Shown here one piece after another: positions 38,342 through 47,876 of a stretch of DNA of 64,000 bases. The stretch lies in IMG/VR virus record IMGVR_UViG_3300028830_000283; one strand, 5' to 3'. Source of the stretch: a virus. Every line of letters begins with the position of its first letter. Position 1 is the first letter of the stretch. Made by a program: the position numbers and the translations under genes. A model generated the notes under the pieces. The model was given only the letters and a program-made list of their open reading frames with translations. It did no database searches and was not told where the DNA came from.

Positions 38342-38986
38342 TTACTGAATTTTCTCCAGCTCCTCGATGACATGATCCGTTTCGACGCCGCGCCCTGAAG
38401 CGAAAGTTCTGATGACAACTTCGCGATCGGCTTCCGGATGATCGGCTAAATACTGACGGATCGCATTGACGGTCGCCTGAAGCTTGCGTTCGTTTTCTCG
38501 CGGCAATTGTTTGAGTCCGAGATAATCGGAAATCTCGCGCCGGGCGTCCGCGGCGCTCGCCATCTCAAACGAAACGCTCGTGCCGAATTTCGTTTCTTTG
38601 AACGAAAGTTTTCTGACGTGATGAATCGCGCCTGTCCGGCGAGCCTTTTTGATATCGAATCGCCCGTTTTTATCGAGCACGTCGTCGATCGTCGAATACA
38701 TCTCCGCCGCCGCCGAAACGAAAATTTCGTCCGCTTTGACTTGAGATATCTGCGCGAGTTCCGCGCGGCGTTTTGCGATCGCCTTTAAAATGTGAGGTTT
38801 TGTCAGGTTCTCCGATGCCGCCTGACGTGCCGTTTTTGGCGAGTAACCGGCTTTGCGCGCCGCTTCAGCGCCGGATTTGGTTTCCGGGTTAACCATCTCC
38901 TCGACAAAGGCTTCCTCGCGGTTTGTCAGGTTTATCTCGTCGGAATTTTCGTTTTGTCGTCGTTTTGGCATAAAAATAAGGGGCAA
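38342..38986 (-). CDS. terS: Terminase small subunit
   Basis: 'LTNREEAFVEEM..GAEAARKAGYSPKTARQAASENLTKPHI'. Confidence 0.9.
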   Translation of the reverse strand: MPLIFMPKRRQNENSDEINLTNREEAFVEEMVNPETKSGAEAARKAGYSPKTARQAASENLTKPHILKAIAKRRAELAQISQVKADEIFVSAAAEMYSTIDDVLDKNGRFDIKKARRTGAIHHVRKLSFKETKFGTSVSFEMASAADARREISDYLGLKQLPRENERKLQATVNAIRQYLADHPEADREVVIRTFASGRGVETDHVIEELEKIQ

Positions 38987-39083
38987 ACAAGCACGAATAG
39001 AATATTTTTTTACGCGAAATAAATCAATTGGAAGATTAACTCAAACTTAGGACGCTTACCTATTTGCATCAAGATCAAGAATT

Positions 39084-39545
39084 TCATTCGTAACTTAGCA
39101 CAGCCCGATCCGCGTGATTACAAATCATAGCTTTACAATTCGGACAAATATAACGAGTTCCATCGTAATCTCGAGATGAATATTGAAGAATAGATTTTTC
39201 TTTTTTTTCAAAGCAGTTTACACACAGCCAGTGAAGAGGCTCATTATCTCGAAAACTTTCCATGACAAAAACTCCATCTGCAATACAATTCAACTTATAA
39301 TCGGATGAAAATGTTTTCCAATTTTCAAAACGTTTAATTATTTGCTCAAGTTCGGTTTTAGCAAGCATCAGCTCTTCGTTTTTAGCTTGTAATGACATCA
39401 AGTCATTTTGTAGTGAAATAATACCGGATTGAAGCGCGATCGCTTTTTCCGTAATAGCATTATCGACTTTGGATTGAATTAATAATGACGCAATTTCACT
39501 CAATCCTTTTACTGTTGCAATGGCACTGACGATTTCTGGCAGCAT
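39084..39545 (-). CDS. Low-GC accessory protein, coiled coil + Zn ribbon
   Basis: AGGAG RBS; 'HWLCVNCFE..SILQ..CPNCK'; visibly AT-rich. Confidence 0.75.
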   Translation of the reverse strand: MLPEIVSAIATVKGLSEIASLLIQSKVDNAITEKAIALQSGIISLQNDLMSLQAKNEELMLAKTELEQIIKRFENWKTFSSDYKLNCIADGVFVMESFRDNEPLHWLCVNCFEKKEKSILQYSSRDYDGTRYICPNCKAMICNHADRAVLSYE

Positions 39546-39659
39546 CGAAATTCTCCTAATATATTTTTAAATAGTATAGCTTTAGTGGATTGAAAGCACG
39601 ACATTTTTCTATATAAAAATCAGATATTATCAGACGCCTTTTAAATTGGGAATTTCTTT

Positions 39660-39695
39660 GCAATAATAAAAAGCGTCAAGTAAATTTGACGCTTT
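39660..39695 (-). terminator. Intrinsic terminator ending the early leftward operon
   Basis: AAAGCGTCAA-ATTTAC-TTGACGCTTT followed by TTATTATT. Confidence 0.6.
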
Positions 39696-39772
39696 CGTTT
39701 AAGAGGCTCGTGGAAGAAATCTTTATCGGATTGCAGCCGATGAAATTTTTTCCCGAGCCTCGCTCAGTTTGT

Positions 39773-40021
39773 TTAAGCTGCCGCCGCTTCTTCTTCCACA
39801 ATGCACTCGGGGTGAAGCGCATAGGCAACGCTCATTTCTCCGCAAAGATCGCATTTAAATTCTTCGTAGCCTCGAAAGTCGATCCGGCGATCGGGAAAAA
39901 AGTCGATGTCCGTCTCGCTTTCGAGCGGCTGCTCCCATTCGAAAAAACACGGTTCTTCCTGTTCCATTTCGCAGGCGTGCGCGGTGATTTGATCGTGATA
40001 GTAATTTTTAACGAAACCCAT
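39773..40021 (-). CDS. Small acidic Cys-containing protein
   Basis: GAGG RBS; 'CDLCG..HPEC'. Confidence 0.6.
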   Translation of the reverse strand: MGFVKNYYHDQITAHACEMEQEEPCFFEWEQPLESETDIDFFPDRRIDFRGYEEFKCDLCGEMSVAYALHPECIVEEEAAAA

Positions 40022-40049
40022 AAAATTATTCCTCGTTAGGTAGTTTTGA

Positions 40050-40622
40050 TTATTGATGTTTTTTCAAATACTCGATCGCGTTCTCTAATGATTCGATACT
40101 ATCGAGCAGCGAGCCGAGCGATTTATTGCACCGATGACAAAGAAGCCCGCGAATTTTTCCTGTTTTATGGCAATGGTCAACCGCAAGATACTTGAAACGA
40201 ATTGACTTTTCAGGCTGTCGGCAAATCGCACAGGCGCCGCCCTGCGCTTCCAATATTTCGAAATATCGCGTTTCAGTTATCCCGAAAGCTTTAAAAATGC
40301 GCTGAAATTTAATTCGTTTTCGATCGGCGTAATAATTATCTCGGAAACAGGATTTGCATCGGCTAGCTCTGCCGGTCGCTCGCCAATCATTGACATAAAA
40401 ATCGGAAGCTCGTTGAAAAGTTTTGCATTGACTGCACCATAAATTTTCGTCAGGACTTAAAGGATTTTTTACTTCCTTTTTGATGCGCTTGATCGGTCGC
40501 ACATATTCGCGGTTGCATTTCTTACAGCGACTCGAAAACCCGCTCCCTCTGCTTTTATCGCGATAAAAATTTTCAGGATTTTCATCGCCGCAAATATGAC
40601 AGTGAACTTTAACTTTTTGCAT
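40050..40622 (-). CDS. Endonuclease VII-domain protein
   Basis: 'LEAQGGACAIC..LAVDHCHKTGKIRGLLCHRCN..LG'; two N-terminal Zn-finger repeats. Confidence 0.88.
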   Translation of the reverse strand: MQKVKVHCHICGDENPENFYRDKSRGSGFSSRCKKCNREYVRPIKRIKKEVKNPLSPDENLWCSQCKTFQRASDFYVNDWRATGRASRCKSCFRDNYYADRKRIKFQRIFKAFGITETRYFEILEAQGGACAICRQPEKSIRFKYLAVDHCHKTGKIRGLLCHRCNKSLGSLLDSIESLENAIEYLKKHQ

Positions 40623-40671
40623 ATCCTATATTTTTAGCGGGCGCTTTTTCACGCCCGCCCTTTTTCGATAA

Positions 40672-41166
40672 TTATCTGCCCGTTGTTCTGAAAAGCGAAT
40701 AAGTTAAAACTTCCGCGACGTGTTTGCAGATGCGATTGCGGAAAATGAAATCCGGGCACTCGCAGTCGCAGAAAGTTCTGCCGTCAATGGTTTTGAGATT
40801 GACGAGATATTCTTTATCGTTATCGAGATTACGGACGTAATAGCTGTCTTTTTCCCAAGCCTGATAAACCTGCAAATTCCAATTCGTGCCGCGCTTCATC
40901 GCTTCGGCAAATTCATTGACTCTTTCGAGCAGGCAGATCATGCCGTCGGTGCTCACGGGCTTGATTTTGATTTCGTGTCCGACGAGTGCGCTCTGCGGAA
41001 TCGCGCCGCGAATTTGTCCGTCGGGAAATTGGCAACGATATGCAGTTTCGTCGCCGATGCGCGTAACTTCGACAACGGGCAGAAAAATCGTCGCGTCCTG
41101 CGTGTCGATGCCCTGAGCGTTAATGACGAAACCGATTTCGTCGCCGATTTTCAAATTGTGTCTCAT
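40672..41166 (-). CDS. SWIM zinc-finger protein
   Basis: 'CECPDFIFRNRICKH'; start moved to MRHNLK (AAGGAAG RBS). Confidence 0.8.
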   Translation of the reverse strand: MRHNLKIGDEIGFVINAQGIDTQDATIFLPVVEVTRIGDETAYRCQFPDGQIRGAIPQSALVGHEIKIKPVSTDGMICLLERVNEFAEAMKRGTNWNLQVYQAWEKDSYYVRNLDNDKEYLVNLKTIDGRTFCDCECPDFIFRNRICKHVAEVLTYSLFRTTGR

Positions 41167-41231
41167 AAGTAAATTCTTCCTTTCGTTTAGATTTTTATTG
41201 ATTGAAACATCTATCTCAATCTTTAATAATT

Positions 41232-41311
41232 CTACCATTGGTAGTAGTTAATGTCAACCAATGGTAGATGGTTTTATAGCTAAATTTGCAAAAAAAATAA
41301 ACCATTGGTAG
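41232..41311. promoter_or_regulatory. Three 13-bp palindromic operators between divergent genes
   Basis: CTACCATTGGTAG (41232), CAACCAATGGTAG (41255), AAACCATTGGTAG (41299). Confidence 0.8.
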
Positions 41312-41321
41312 AATCAACCGA

Positions 41322-41501
41322 ATGGAGAAAGAAGAGCTAAAAAAAATTAGAGAGGATTTGGGATTGACGCAAAGCGAACTCGCCGCGCACCTTAAAGTCG
41401 CGCCGAATACCGTTTCGCGATGGGAACTCGGCGAACGAAAAATACCGGAGTTTTTGGATTTGGCACTGGAAACCGTGCAAAGAAGGCTGCGTAAAAAATA
41501 A
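41322..41501 (+). CDS. XRE-family HTH regulator (59 aa; missed by ORF track)
   Basis: MEKEELKKIREDLGLTQSELAAHLKVAPNTVSRWELGERKIP.. Confidence 0.9.
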   Translation: MEKEELKKIREDLGLTQSELAAHLKVAPNTVSRWELGERKIPEFLDLALETVQRRLRKK

Positions 41502-41506
41502 TACTT

Positions 41507-41920
41507 ATGAATAGTTGGATCGAAACTTTAACTGAACAAGTTACACAGAAGCAAAACAGAAAAGCGGCTATACACGAAAAACTCGATGACTTTTTTTTGC
41601 AGTTAACGCAGCAGATCGAAAACGATTTAAGCGAAATAAATGCAAAAATTTACAAGAATGATATTGTTCTGAAATTAGAAAAACAGAGAAATTTCTTTTA
41701 TGCCGTAAAAAGCGAGCTTGTCGATGATCCCGCCGTATTAGAGTATAACTTTCGGTCTTTGCAGCTCTATATCAGAGCGCCGCGAACTGTGCGTATCAAA
41801 TTAGATACTTATATCGAACAAAATAAATTGATTTTCTTTGACGGCAACGCTCCGGTCGATGTCAGTGAAATTTCGAAAAAATTGATTGAGCCGTTAGTTA
41901 GAGAGGATTTTTACATCTAA
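41507..41920 (+). CDS. Hypothetical protein (137 aa), co-transcribed with XRE gene
   Basis: ATG 5 nt after XRE stop; AT-rich. Confidence 0.75.
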   Translation: MNSWIETLTEQVTQKQNRKAAIHEKLDDFFLQLTQQIENDLSEINAKIYKNDIVLKLEKQRNFFYAVKSELVDDPAVLEYNFRSLQLYIRAPRTVRIKLDTYIEQNKLIFFDGNAPVDVSEISKKLIEPLVREDFYI

Positions 41921-42180
41921 AAATAAACGTTTATTTTTGTTACGTTTGTCCGCTCCGGCACGAGCTCGGCATAAACCGTTTCGCAGGGAGTTGTGCGAAA
42001 AATTCTGAAAGTAAAATAATTTTTGAGATTATCCTTGTAAACTCTGATTTGCGGAAAATCAGTTCCCATTTGATTAGCGACTACGCTTAAATCATTTTTG
42101 TCAACAAAACGAGTAAAACCGATTGCAGTAAATTTGATCGGCAAATTAAAATTATAATTCTTCGTTTTTAAATTACTCAT
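41917..42180 (-). CDS. Hypothetical protein
   Basis: Start moved to MSNLK. Confidence 0.55.
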   Translation of the reverse strand: MSNLKTKNYNFNLPIKFTAIGFTRFVDKNDLSVVANQMGTDFPQIRVYKDNLKNYFTFRIFRTTPCETVYAELVPERTNVTKINVYF

Positions 42181-42355
42181 AATCTTCTTTCGTATGGTAT
42201 TCGAAATCGCTCGTGTCCGTGATGTAAGAATTTCGGATCCATTCCCACTGATCCGCGCCGGTGATCGTATTTTTCCGCACGAATTTATACCAGACGCCGC
42301 CGCGCATTTTTCGATACTTTTGAAATTTTGCAAACAATAAATCCAAAAAAAACAT
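42173..42355 (-). CDS. Hypothetical protein
   Basis: Start moved to MFFLD. Confidence 0.5.
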   Translation of the reverse strand: MFFLDLLFAKFQKYRKMRGGVWYKFVRKNTITGADQWEWIRNSYITDTSDFEYHTKEDYE

Positions 42356-42360
42356 CACCG

Positions 42361-42765
42361 TTATTTCTCCAAAATCTTTAAATTTCCTGCCCGCCGGAAT
42401 TGACGGTATTTGAAGCACGAAAGCGCGAATAAAAACGGCGCCGTAAAAACGCTTCCGAGAAACGCGAGACCGCACGCGGCGACGAGATAAACCAAACTTA
42501 AAACAAATTTGATTTGCAGCTCCTCGGGCGAAAAAACGAGAGCGCAGCGCGAAATTTTTATGTCGAGCGGAACAAAATCTCCCTGTTCATATCCGATCGC
42601 CAGACTTTCGAGCGGAAACGTTTGATAATCGCGGAAAAGTTTCCCGCATTCCGCGCAGCTCCAGAGCGATCGCGCGCCGCCGGCGTAATTGATTTCGTCG
42701 CCGTAAATATTTCGCACGAAATCCCAATCCGCGTGCCGGCAATAAAGGCGTTTAATCAGATTCAT
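42361..42765 (-). CDS. Phage hypothetical protein with C-terminal TM
   Basis: 'LYCRH..FVRNIYGDEIN..RSLWSCAECGK'; AAGGAG RBS. Confidence 0.65.
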   Translation of the reverse strand: MNLIKRLYCRHADWDFVRNIYGDEINYAGGARSLWSCAECGKLFRDYQTFPLESLAIGYEQGDFVPLDIKISRCALVFSPEELQIKFVLSLVYLVAACGLAFLGSVFTAPFLFALSCFKYRQFRRAGNLKILEK

Positions 42766-43057
42766 GTTTATTTTTCTGCTCCTTTTCGCGATTTCTGAAG
42801 TATTTTTTTCGTTGCCTATCAAGTGATTGAATACGTGACATATATTTCCAGTACAATTTCCATATACCGCCGCCTTCAGGATGATTTTTTAGACGAAACG
42901 TTTCTCTAACGCCGCCCGGCGCAAGAACAGTTAAAATATCAGTGCTTTTGTCGTATTCGTAAGCGAATGTATCGCCGATTGGCATTCCTCGAATCCACTC
43001 GCTGAAGGTAAGAATTTCTGTTTCGTAAAACATCATTCCATGCGTTAATCTGCCCAT
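42752..43057 (-). CDS. Hypothetical protein
   Basis: Overlapping operon packing. Confidence 0.55.
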   Translation of the reverse strand: MGRLTHGMMFYETEILTFSEWIRGMPIGDTFAYEYDKSTDILTVLAPGGVRETFRLKNHPEGGGIWKLYWKYMSRIQSLDRQRKKYFRNREKEQKNKHESD

Positions 43058-43899
43058 TCGGCTCTGCCCTCCAAAATTTTACGATAATCTTTAATCCGCC
43101 GGCGCAAATCTTCGGCGCGGTAAAGCTTGTGAAAACTGTCCGGATGATGAAATCTGTTCGAGCCTTCATCGAATACGACGATCATTTTTTCCGCCGTCGC
43201 CGCGTCTTCGACGAGCTCGCGGACCAACGCGTTAAATTCGCTCGACAATTCTGCCACTTCAGCCGGCGTCAGATCCGGTTCAATGATGCGCGCCGGCGTA
43301 TTGTTCGTCTGCTGAAGCACGGTCAGCGGCTGGTGCTCGCCGTAAAGGGCGACTTGTTTTTTGCGCCATTTTTCATAGTCTTCAAAACGGCATTTCCGGC
43401 ACGGAACGATCTCGTCGGTTTTGGTAAACAGGCTGAAGATCTTCACTTCTCCGGTCGGTGAGATGTGATCGTTTCGATCGGCGCAATATTCGACGGGAAA
43501 TTCTTCGCGCCGGCGGGCTTCGAGCTTTAATTTTGCCTCGCGCTCTTTTTCGACGATTTGTTTCCACGCCTGCGTGATCTCGTATGAATTGATCGGAAAA
43601 ATTGAAGCGTGAGCCTCTCTCGCGGCGTCGTAGCAATCGGCAAGACGATTCCGCGGAATTCCTTCCGCCAGAAAATCCTCCGTCCAGGTTGTCATTCGAA
43701 GGACGAATTCCTCCGGTTCGAGCGGCGGCTGATTCGCCCGGGCGATCGTCTTTTCCAGAATCTCGCCGACATCCGCGGTATATTGGCGCAGCTCCTCATT
43801 TGCCTCGTCTAAGCTGATTGATGATCTGGCGATTTCCGACGGCGTTTTTTGCTCCGCGACCGCGAGAGTCTGTTGCGAAATTTCGCTGATTTTCTGCAC
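43045..43899 (-). CDS. Replication-associated protein (possible helicase loader/adaptor)
   Basis: GTG start with AGGAGGAG RBS; directly downstream of initiator; helical N-domain 'W..FL..IP..RL.DCYDAA'. Confidence 0.5.
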   Translation of the reverse strand: MQKISEISQQTLAVAEQKTPSEIARSSISLDEANEELRQYTADVGEILEKTIARANQPPLEPEEFVLRMTTWTEDFLAEGIPRNRLADCYDAAREAHASIFPINSYEITQAWKQIVEKEREAKLKLEARRREEFPVEYCADRNDHISPTGEVKIFSLFTKTDEIVPCRKCRFEDYEKWRKKQVALYGEHQPLTVLQQTNNTPARIIEPDLTPAEVAELSSEFNALVRELVEDAATAEKMIVVFDEGSNRFHHPDSFHKLYRAEDLRRRIKDYRKILEGRAEWAD

Positions 43900-44812
43900 T
43901 TTTCTCCTCCTGTACGATTTCTTCCGGCACGTCGTCGATCTCATCTAAAACCCAGTTGAGAAAGCGACCGCGCGAAGCCTGTTTGTGGTTCTCATGGCAC
44001 CATTTGAGCATCTCGCTCCACAGTTTTTGAACCTTGATATTTTTGCATTCCGGCAATTTTTGCAGGTATCCGTGCCACGCAGCGGTGTCCAAATCTTTCC
44101 GTTTATGCAGATGAATCCACTCCTCACGGAGTTTTTTCCTGGTTGTGCCGTTTAGTTTTTCCGGATGCGGATCGGCTGAGTCACCTGAATCCGGAATGTC
44201 AGAGTCGGCGGCAGCGGCGGCGGTTTTTATTTCATCGCCCTTACAAGCAACGTGTAAACCCTCCTCCGCCTCTTCCATTACTCCATTATTTAAAACATCA
44301 ACTCCATTGTTTCCTTTAAAGGGAGTTGACTTCCTGTCAACTTTTGTTGACTCTGTGTCAACTTGCGGTTGACTTCCTGTCAACTTTTGTTGACTCTGTG
44401 TCAACTGCGAGAACAAAAAAAAATGAAGTAGAAAACGGCTTAAAGTTGACTCTGAGTCATTTAAAGTTGACTCTTTGTCAACTATTGACTTCGCTTCCTC
44501 GCATCCTAAAACTGCAAGCGTTTTTAAAAGCTCGTAATTCTTTTTCGAGATGCGGTCGATTTGCTCCGGATCGAGCTGAAGCAAATAATATCTACCGTTA
44601 TATTTTTTGACCTCGCCGTTTTCTTCGAGCTTCGTCATTACTTTTTGCGCCTGTCCTTTGTCCATGCCGATTCGCGCTGCGATATTGACGAGCGTTTGCG
44701 CGGTCGAAGGATTATCGAACGAACAAAAAGAAGCGATCCCTTCGCGCAAATTGATCTCCGCGCCGGTGAGTTTGTGATTGTTCGAAATAGCCTTATTTGA
44801 AATCGTCGCCAT
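43796..44812 (-). CDS. Phage replication initiator (lambda O-like organisation)
   Basis: N-terminal wHTH ('LVNIAARIGMDKGQAQKVMTKLEENGEV'), internal iterons, C-terminal 'WC......FLNWV' domain. Confidence 0.8.
   Translation of the reverse strand: MATISNKAISNNHKLTGAEINLREGIASFCSFDNPSTAQTLVNIAARIGMDKGQAQKVMTKLEENGEVKKYNGRYYLLQLDPEQIDRISKKNYELLKTLAVLGCEEAKSIVDKESTLNDSESTLSRFLLHFFLFSQLTQSQQKLTGSQPQVDTESTKVDRKSTPFKGNNGVDVLNNGVMEEAEEGLHVACKGDEIKTAAAAADSDIPDSGDSADPHPEKLNGTTRKKLREEWIHLHKRKDLDTAAWHGYLQKLPECKNIKVQKLWSEMLKWCHENHKQASRGRFLNWVLDEIDDVPEEIVQEEKSAENQRNFATDSRGRGAKNAVGNRQIINQLRRGK
44325..44482. repeat. Replication-origin iterons GTTGAC-N5-GTCAAC x6 with A-tract
   Basis: Copies at 44325, 44346, 44368, 44389, 44445 (degenerate), 44466; 21-22 bp spacing. 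Confidence 0.9.
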
Positions 44813-44826
44813 AAATGAACGCTTTT

Positions 44827-45561
44827 TTAGCTGTCGATCCTTTTATTAGTCAAAGCCACTTTGTCGCCCGAATCAGTCCCGGAATTAAATCCCTGCCGGT
44901 GCGTCGGGCGTTCCGTTTCGCGCACGTCGTCCACCTGGAAATTCTCGAAGGCGAAATTTATCGAGTCGCGCGCTTTCGATCCGTGAAAGACCAGCGCGTT
45001 CGGATTGTAATTCTGATCGATCTGCTTATCTTGAGAATGCTGCGCTCCGAGCCGCTCGCTTAGACGCAAGGCGAATCCGATGAGAAAGGATTTGCGAAAC
45101 TCGTCGAAATGAGCTTCCCTGTCGGCGAAATACCAGTCTTTTTTCGCTTCCTTGTAAGCTTTGAGCGCGTTTTCGGCTAGTTCCCAGGCAAGGCGTTCAA
45201 AATAGTTGTAAAACTCGATGACGACGGCGCGATCGTTCTGGCGACCGATGACGATCATGTAGCCGGCTTCGTTTTCGAGCGACATGCAGCCGTTCGCGAC
45301 GGCGATGTTCTGCAAAAGATGGCACTGCCAGGCTTCGATCTTCTGCAGGATTAAATTGACTCTTTCGGCTTCGATTTGTCCGCTCTTCGCAGCAGCGATT
45401 TCGATGTCCGAAAGGGAAAGATTATGCCGGTCGAGCAGCTCCTGAACTTTAGCGGCAAAATTCGCCGCCGCCGCTTCGTTTCCGATCGCCTTTTCCGATT
45501 CGGCTTGCGCGAATAATTTGCGAATTTTGTCGATGATTTTTTCTTTCATAAAACTAATCAA
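44827..45561 (-). CDS. DUF2786-domain protein
   Basis: 'KIIDKIRKLFAQAES..NEAAAANFAAKVQELLDRHNLS'. Confidence 0.85.
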   Translation of the reverse strand: MISFMKEKIIDKIRKLFAQAESEKAIGNEAAAANFAAKVQELLDRHNLSLSDIEIAAAKSGQIEAERVNLILQKIEAWQCHLLQNIAVANGCMSLENEAGYMIVIGRQNDRAVVIEFYNYFERLAWELAENALKAYKEAKKDWYFADREAHFDEFRKSFLIGFALRLSERLGAQHSQDKQIDQNYNPNALVFHGSKARDSINFAFENFQVDDVRETERPTHRQGFNSGTDSGDKVALTNKRIDS

Positions 45562-45895
45562 CTTTTTGTCCCAACAAAGTTTGCAAATCGGTGTCGAAAA
45601 AATTCGGTGTCGGATAAATAAGCATCAAATCGACGATGAATTTTTCGAGATGCGGCGCGACCTTTTCGGTTAGATCGGGAGCGTTATCGTCGAGCTCGCA
45701 AACGACGTCGAAAAAATTTTTCGTCGCCGCCATCATGTCGCTGTATGATTGTTTCAATTCATCGCTGGGAAAAGCGATCCGGATGCTTTCGATCGGTTTT
45801 CCTTCATCGATTTTGTTAAGTACTTTCCCGATCAGGCAAAGAGGCGCGTGCCCTCGTTTATCAAGATCGCGGTTACAGTTTTTGCAAACTCTCAT
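45554..45895 (-). CDS. Hypothetical protein
   Basis: Start moved to MRVCKNC (GGAGG RBS). Confidence 0.6.
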   Translation of the reverse strand: MRVCKNCNRDLDKRGHAPLCLIGKVLNKIDEGKPIESIRIAFPSDELKQSYSDMMAATKNFFDVVCELDDNAPDLTEKVAPHLEKFIVDLMLIYPTPNFFDTDLQTLLGQKVD

Positions 45896-46389
45896 AATCC
45901 CAAACCTCCCGACGTTACCGGACTTTTCCAGCCGATCAATTCCAGCTCCTCGCGCGTCAGATCGCGATGGCAATGAAGCGCCGTTTTTGTTTTCATATAG
46001 CCTTCCGTTTCGGCTTTTCCGCGATTACCCAAAAACTGCGGCAAAAGCCGTCTGATATTTTGTTTATCGCGCGCCGTCCAGAGCTGAAAGGTTTTTGCTC
46101 TGCCGCTTTCCTTCGAGATCAACGACATCGAGCAGTGCCAGAACGGTAGATCGTTCTGATCGTCTGCCGGCGAAATCGACATGATGACGTGCAGCAGAAC
46201 CGTGTTCGAAATTTGCAAAAACCTTGAAAAATCGCCGCGACTTACGCGCACGGAATTTTCATTATGATTGAGCGTCGGATTTTCGAGCGCGTAAATCTGC
46301 ATTTCATTCCCGATCTGCTCGATAATTTCTCTTGCCGACGGCGGCTTTTGTTCGCCGGCTGCTGATTGATGTTGTTCTTCGTGAATCAT
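45892..46389 (-). CDS. Hypothetical protein (165 aa)
   Basis: Operon packing. Confidence 0.65.
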   Translation of the reverse strand: MIHEEQHQSAAGEQKPPSAREIIEQIGNEMQIYALENPTLNHNENSVRVSRGDFSRFLQISNTVLLHVIMSISPADDQNDLPFWHCSMSLISKESGRAKTFQLWTARDKQNIRRLLPQFLGNRGKAETEGYMKTKTALHCHRDLTREELELIGWKSPVTSGGLGL

Positions 46390-46391
46390 AA

Positions 46392-47231
46392 TTATTTGAA
46401 CAGAGACGTTCTCCTGTTGCCTGACATTCGCGCTTCAGCGGCATCCAACTCTTCGCGGCTGATCAAGCCTTCAGCCGACGTCGGCAGCACGCCCATCGGC
46501 GAGCGGATCGCGTCGGCGAGCGCGATTTTGAGCTGATCGATCGCGCTCGTCATTTTGCGGAAATCTTCCGGAATGAAAGTGACGAAATCGATCAGATCGT
46601 CTTTCTGATAACCGAAAAGCTCGTAGACGCAATCGACGCAATTTTGCAGGATTTTTAGATCTTCCCGGATATTTTGTGTATTCTCCGCTACAGCTTCATC
46701 GATCTCTTTTTGAAGATGCTTATCCGCTTCCTGAATCACGCTTTCGGAGTAATAATTCGTTTTCGACAGATGACCGCCGGTAACGTGATCGTAAACGTTC
46801 GACGCCTGTTCCATGAGGAATAAATAATCAATCAAATTGCCTTTCATTTCCTCGACGTCGAGCTCGCCGTTCGGGTAAATGAGTTTGCTCCAGAACGAAT
46901 CGAAAACTCTATCGACTTCCATCTGGCACTTCGCGCAGCGCCGTCGAAGCTTCACTTTGGTCTGTGGACCGACATGCTCGCAAAGATCATATTTTTCGAG
47001 CGGCGGCTTTTCTTGCGGAATTTGCGAATAATCGACGAAATTTTCTTCGATCGAAACCATGCCGCTGCGCTCTTCGAGCCACGCGACCGCCTGGTCATTT
47101 TGAATACATGCGGGAGCCTCGACCGTATAAACCAAATGACTGACGCTGTCCGCACCGATCGAACGCCAGTAAACAAGTCCGCCGACGGGAAACATCTCGT
47201 TAAATTTTTGAACTAAAATTTCTTTACTCAT
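46392..47231 (-). CDS. Mosaic phage hypothetical protein (279 aa)
   Basis: 'VYDHVTGGHLSKTNY' phage motif. Confidence 0.7.
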   Translation of the reverse strand: MSKEILVQKFNEMFPVGGLVYWRSIGADSVSHLVYTVEAPACIQNDQAVAWLEERSGMVSIEENFVDYSQIPQEKPPLEKYDLCEHVGPQTKVKLRRRCAKCQMEVDRVFDSFWSKLIYPNGELDVEEMKGNLIDYLFLMEQASNVYDHVTGGHLSKTNYYSESVIQEADKHLQKEIDEAVAENTQNIREDLKILQNCVDCVYELFGYQKDDLIDFVTFIPEDFRKMTSAIDQLKIALADAIRSPMGVLPTSAEGLISREELDAAEARMSGNRRTSLFK

Positions 47232-47505
47232 CTGTTTTCAATTTTGCCTGGCGCCGCTCGTAAGCGGCTTTTGCCAACGGAAAATGTTCACGGCAAAAAT
47301 CAACATTTTCCGAAACGCCTTTTTGCGAGTGTTTAGCGCATAACGGGCGGTTACAGTCCTTATTTTTTCCGCGTTTGGTTTTTCCGATCGGAAAATCACA
47401 CAAAAATTCGTGCGGCGACGAACAATAGAAACAATTTTTTCGCCGCCTGCCCGAAGTTCTTATATGAGCAATCGTGTCACCGATTTTTACCCAGTTACAC
47501 GGCAT
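47224..47505 (-). CDS. Cys-rich small protein
   Basis: Start moved to MPCNW; 'LCDFP..CNRPLCAKH..DFCREH'. Confidence 0.7.
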   Translation of the reverse strand: MPCNWVKIGDTIAHIRTSGRRRKNCFYCSSPHEFLCDFPIGKTKRGKNKDCNRPLCAKHSQKGVSENVDFCREHFPLAKAAYERRQAKLKTDE

Positions 47506-47876
47506 TACAAATTTTTCAGCCTTTCCAAAACATCGGCTGACGAATGACCGTCGAACGGCGGCGCTTGCAGCAAAGTCATCGCGAATTCGCAGCTCGTCCA
47601 ACGACTCGCCGGCAAATGATATGTGATCTGTTTTCCGCGCATCGTATCGAGACCGAGCACGAACCAGCCGGCGATCTGCGAACCGTCGGAATGAGTTTCC
47701 GAACGCCAAACGGGGTATTTGGTTCTGAGAATCCGGCAAAGCGCGATGTAAAGCTCGATGCGATGATCGTAGAGCTCGGCGAAAGTGTGATAACCGTCTG
47801 AAATGTGCTGCCGTTTTTCAGGCGACAGCCCATCTACACTGTCCTGCGCATAAGCGAATAGTGTTTCTTCCGACAT
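47505..47876 (-). CDS. Phage protein with 'SDGYHTF.ELY.HR...FDGH' motif
   Basis: Recognisable widespread phage family (WDGH-like). Confidence 0.75.
   Translation of the reverse strand: MSEETLFAYAQDSVDGLSPEKRQHISDGYHTFAELYDHRIELYIALCRILRTKYPVWRSETHSDGSQIAGWFVLGLDTMRGKQITYHLPASRWTSCEFAMTLLQAPPFDGHSSADVLERLKNL

Noticed and set aside
9960..38788. Long plus-strand ORFs (e.g. 9960..10826, 27740..28549, 32074..32988)
   Set aside because: Antisense to well-supported structural genes; no recognisable motifs
44325..44482. Repeats as a CRISPR array
   Set aside because: Spacers of only 4-5 nt, inside a CDS; they fit iterons
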